The position numbers and the translations under genes were made by a program. This document shows, in pieces, positions 63,955-64,000 of a DNA stretch of 64,000 bases (positions within the stretch are counted from its first letter, which is position 1; the number at the start of each line of letters is the position of its first letter). Below the pieces are notes generated by a model. That model made no database searches. It saw only the letters and a list, made by a program, of their open reading frames with translations, and was not told the DNA's origin. The stretch is from Raillietiella orientalis. Taxonomy: Eukaryota. The stretch covers positions 124,001 through 188,000 of the forward strand of contig JAYWIR010000079.1 of the NCBI GenBank assembly GCA_036172245.1. The letters are read 5' to 3'.

Positions 63955-64000
63955 TCGGAGAGCTGGTCTTCGTCCGGCACGAGAGGAAGACACCGACCCG

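Larger units (their letters stand above)
58151..64000. repeat. Right arm of large inverted repeat (continues beyond the window)
   Basis: Reverse complement of 42636-48510. Near-identical in 58350-59970, with patches of small indels further out. Confidence 0.97.

Noticed and set aside
1..64000. CRISPR arrays, rRNA, intact tRNA genes, prokaryotic operons
   Set aside because: None seen. The sequence is intron-containing eukaryotic DNA, and the tRNA-like heads do not form a full cloverleaf.

Overview
Eukaryotic, invertebrate-animal-type genomic DNA with compact introns. There is one confident gene: a 13-exon nicotinate phosphoribosyltransferase (NAPRT) on the minus strand (3670-7990, 547 aa), with one GC-AG intron. 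From about 12 to 42 kb the window is a graveyard of decayed, nested, mixed-orientation L1/Tx1-type non-LTR retrotransposon fragments (APE endonuclease, RT, GGLG and zf-RVT motifs). Comparing copies suggests an unusual architecture: a tRNA-like (A/B-box) 5' head followed by a YY1-type motif, internally deleted bipartite copies, and a 3' end of AATAAA plus a stem-loop with a compensatory base-pair change. The right third is a large inverted repeat: arms of at least 5.9 kb (<=42636-48510 and 58151-64000+, running off the window) around a ~9.6 kb spacer. The arms carry a GC/CpG-rich island, an identical duplicated orphan ORF and a possible small spliced membrane-protein gene. Clustered small indels in the right arm look like sequencing errors, so an assembly artefact must be excluded. 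All retroelement calls come from motifs recognised by eye; no database searches were run.
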